A model generated the notes under the pieces. That model did no database searches. It saw nothing but the letters and a program-made list of their open reading frames with translations, and was not told the DNA's origin. The position numbers and the translations under genes were made by a program. Below, piece by piece: positions 61,414 to 64,000 of a DNA stretch of 64,000 bases. The stretch comes from an uncultured Chloroflexia bacterium. GTDB taxonomy: Bacteria > Chloroflexota > Dehalococcoidia > DSTF01 > JALHUB01. Numbering within the stretch: the first letter of the stretch is position 1; the number at the start of each line of letters is the position of its first letter. The DNA lies in NCBI GenBank assembly GCA_963726245.1, contig CAVSBT010000039.1:1-64000 (forward strand). Direction: 5' to 3'.

Positions 61414-62670
61414 TCACAACCGCCGGATCTTCTGCGAGGCGATGCCTGTGACGGCGGCCAGCATCAGCCCCGTGGCGGCGAAAACGGCCACCGTGTGCGG
61501 CACCCCGAACCCCTGAGCGGCCGCGCCCATGGTCAGGCTGCCGAAGGGGGTAAGGCCCGCGGCCATGCTGAAGAGCGCCATCCCCCGTCCCTGAAAGGCG
61601 TCGTCCAGGTTGAGCTGGAGGAGCGTCTGGTTGAGGGTCACGAACAGCGCCCAGCCGACTCCGCCCACCACGAGTATCGCGAACGAGAGGCCGAAGAGCC
61701 GCGAGAAGGAGAAGGTGACCACCATCCCCATGTAGAGGAGCGCCGCCAGCGCCATCGTCTTCCCTCGGCGGCCCGAGCCGTGCATGCTCGCCGCCACCAG
61801 GCCGCCGGGGATCGCCCCGAAGCCGACACCGGTCAGCAGGAGCCCATAGCCCGCCGAACCCGAATGAAGCAGGTCCTTGGCGAAGACGGGCATCATGGCC
61901 ACGTAAGGGTAGATGAGAACGTTCGCGACGACGTTCATCAGCACCAGCCGCGAGAGCACCTCGTCGCGGCGGACGTAGTCGAAGCCTTCCCGAATGCCAC
62001 GCAGCACCGGCACGCGAACAGGCTCGATGTGGGTCATGGGGCGCAACATCAGCGTGACGACGACGGCCAGCCAGTAGAACGCTGCCTGCCCAAAGAAGGC
62101 GGGCGCCAGTCCGACGGTGCCGATGATCAGGCCGGCCAGGCTCGGCGCGGCAATGCGAGACACGTTGCCCGTCACCGAGCTGAGGGCGATAGCGCTGGGC
62201 AGGTGCTCCGAGCCCACCACGTCGTAGATCAGCACCTGGCGGGCCGGGATGTTGACGGCCGCGCTCGCGCCCACGACAACGGCCATGATGTAAAGGTGCC
62301 AGATCTGCACCCAGCCGCCGCCCACCAGGATTCCCACCGCCAGCGACACCGCGCCGGGCACCGCCTGCGAGAACGCGGCCATCCGGCGCCGGTCTAGCCG
62401 GTCCACCACCACGCCCGCCGCGGGCGAGAATACAAGCGTGCTGATGCCCCGGATGAAGGCGACGAGGCCCAGTTGAAAAGCGGAATTGGTGAGCTGGAAG
62501 ACCAGCCATCCCCGCGCCACCTCCTCCATCCAGGTGCCGAGCTGGCTGGCGGAGGTGCCGGCGAGCAGGAAGCGGAACTGGCCCAGCGCCAGAGGGGAGA
62601 ACGCGGGCCCCCGCACCAAACGGTGAGGCAAGGCGGCGCGGCCGGCGGCCGCCTCTTCGAGTTCGTCCAT
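61414..62670 (-). CDS. MFS transporter (MFS_3/EntS-like)
   Basis: About 12 TMs, G...DRLDRRR motif A, PARQ, QGR; alternative start at 62733. Confidence 0.9.
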   Translation of the reverse strand: MDELEEAAAGRAALPHRLVRGPAFSPLALGQFRFLLAGTSASQLGTWMEEVARGWLVFQLTNSAFQLGLVAFIRGISTLVFSPAAGVVVDRLDRRRMAAFSQAVPGAVSLAVGILVGGGWVQIWHLYIMAVVVGASAAVNIPARQVLIYDVVGSEHLPSAIALSSVTGNVSRIAAPSLAGLIIGTVGLAPAFFGQAAFYWLAVVVTLMLRPMTHIEPVRVPVLRGIREGFDYVRRDEVLSRLVLMNVVANVLIYPYVAMMPVFAKDLLHSGSAGYGLLLTGVGFGAIPGGLVAASMHGSGRRGKTMALAALLYMGMVVTFSFSRLFGLSFAILVVGGVGWALFVTLNQTLLQLNLDDAFQGRGMALFSMAAGLTPFGSLTMGAAAQGFGVPHTVAVFAATGLMLAAVTGIASQKIRRL

Positions 62671-62847
62671 CCGTCCTTGCGCTCCGCGGGTGGAAGGCGA
62701 GGAGACGCCGTGGGGCAAGCCGCTCACGGCCACCGAGGGCTTATGCGCTATTCTAGCCGCTGCGCGCAGGCAGCGGAAGGCCGGCGGGCCGGTAGCCAGG
62801 ACGCGGTGTATAATGGCGGCGGCGCGAGGGATAACCGCTAACCACCC

Positions 62848-62877
62848 GTAGGGACAGAGCTAAAGCTCTGTCTCTAC
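62848..62877. repeat. Single GTAG-REP palindrome
   Basis: gtagggacagagctaaagctctgtctctac, same family as 14277-14338. Confidence 0.8.
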
Positions 62878-62929
62878 GGGATGACCCACTCGCCGCCTTG
62901 TGAAGAAGCAACCCAACGGAGGCTCAACT

Positions 62930-64000
62930 ATGTCCAACGTCCCACTAACGCCAGACCAGCAGAAGCTCCGAGATGAGGCGGCGGCCTTCGTCCGCGACGA
63001 CGTGCCCCGCCAGCTCATCCTCGACATGGACGCCGAGAAGGTCACCTATCCCCGCGAGTTCCTGGAGGCCGCCGCCAAGCGCCGCTTGCTCGGCCTCCGC
63101 TTCCCCAAGGAGTACGGCGGCCGCGGCCTCGGCTGGTCCGAGGAGGTCGTCGCCCTGGAGGAGGTCGGCGTGCTGGGCGGCTCCCTGCCCTGCCTCTACT
63201 CCCTGGTCAGCATCGTCGGCGAGGCGCTGAACGTCTTCGGCACGCCCGAGCAGAAGGAGCGCTGGCTGCGCCCCGCCCTCGAGGCGAAGATGACGGTGGC
63301 CGAGGCTCTCACCGAGCCCCGCGGCGGCTCCGACTTCTTCGGCGCGACGACAACCGCCCGCCGCGACGGCGACTCCTACATCCTCAACGGCCAGAAGCGC
63401 TTCATCGTCGGCGCCGAGGGGGCCGACTTCTTCTTCGTCTACGCCAAGAGCAACCCTGACGCCCCCTCGCACGAGTCGCTCAGCGCCTTCATCGTCGAGC
63501 GCGGCCCCGGCGTCGACGTGCAGCACGTCTACGGCCTCATGGGCACCCGCGGCGGCGGCACCGGCCGCGTCTACTTCCGCGACGTCCGCGTGCCAAAGGA
63601 GAACCTCATCGGCCGCGAGCACGGCGCCGCCGACATCTTCTACCAGATGATGATCCCGGAGCGCATGACCACCGCCTCCGGCTCCCTGGGGGCGGCGCGC
63701 AGCGCCCTGGAGATCGCCGCCCGCTACAGCAACCAGCGCAAGGCCTTCGGCAAGAAGATCCGCGCCTTCGAGGGCGTCAGCTTCCGGGTGGCCGATAGCA
63801 TCACGCTCCTCGACGCCGCCCGCGCCCTCGTGCACACCACCGCCCGCGCCATCGACGCGCGGCGACGAGGCCGGGCGGGTGCGACGCCTCGTGTCGGAGT
63901 GCAAGAAGTTCTCCACCGAGTCGGGCTGGCAGATCATCAACCACGCCATGCAGGTCATGGGCGGCATCGCCTACACCCGCGTCTACCCCATCGAGCGGAT
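62930..64000 (+). CDS. Acyl-CoA dehydrogenase, truncated by the window end (+1 indel near 63860)
   Basis: Translated by hand: [51 protein letters not shown]; GGAGG RBS. Confidence 0.92.
   Translation, partial: MSNVPLTPDQQKLRDEAAAFVRDDVPRQLILDMDAEKVTYPREFLEAAAKRRLLGLRFPKEYGGRGLGWSEEVVALEEVGVLGGSLPCLYSLVSIVGEALNVFGTPEQKERWLRPALEAKMTVAEALTEPRGGSDFFGATTTARRDGDSYILNGQKRFIVGAEGADFFFVYAKSNPDAPSHESLSAFIVERGPGVDVQHVYGLMGTRGGGTGRVYFRDVRVPKENLIGREHGAADIFYQMMIPERMTTASGSLGAARSALEIAARYSNQRKAFGKKIRAFEGVSFRVADSITLLDAARALVHTTARAIDARRRGRAGATPRVGVQEVLHRVGLADHQPRHAGHGRHRLHPRLPHRAD

Overview
GC-rich bacterial chromosomal window, most consistent with Chloroflexota/Dehalococcoidia (inferred from gene content and protein style, not from a marker-gene search). 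In order it holds: a dense mosaic of REP-like palindromes (1-587); a dnaJ-htrA-hspR-methyltransferase operon with a HAIR-like operator; a candidate ~180-nt structured sRNA; a DoxX-YHS/DUF1003/DUF421/corA membrane cluster; prs-secA; an 11-subunit complex I (nuoABCDHIJKLMN, no nuoEFG in the operon); a secreted DUF333-papain protease; a nitrogen-assimilation cluster (GlnR-like regulator, 2x amtB, P-II, 2x glnA) with 11-bp-period GTAAC boxes; tRNA-Thr(CGT); a GAF-PAS-GGDEF-EAL gene; an uncharacterised operon of small SnoaL/cupin/ABM-like proteins with an FAD oxidase and an MBL-fold protein; a futalosine menaquinone cluster; tandem acyl-CoA ligases; radical SAM, methyltransferase, CDGSH and MFS genes; and a truncated acyl-CoA dehydrogenase. 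At least 12 genes, including essential ones, carry frameshifts. Most of these look like consensus artefacts in which both synonymous wobble alleles were written, so they are not called pseudogenes. No CRISPR array, rRNA, integrase or transposase was seen. All family calls come from motif recognition by eye, without database searches.
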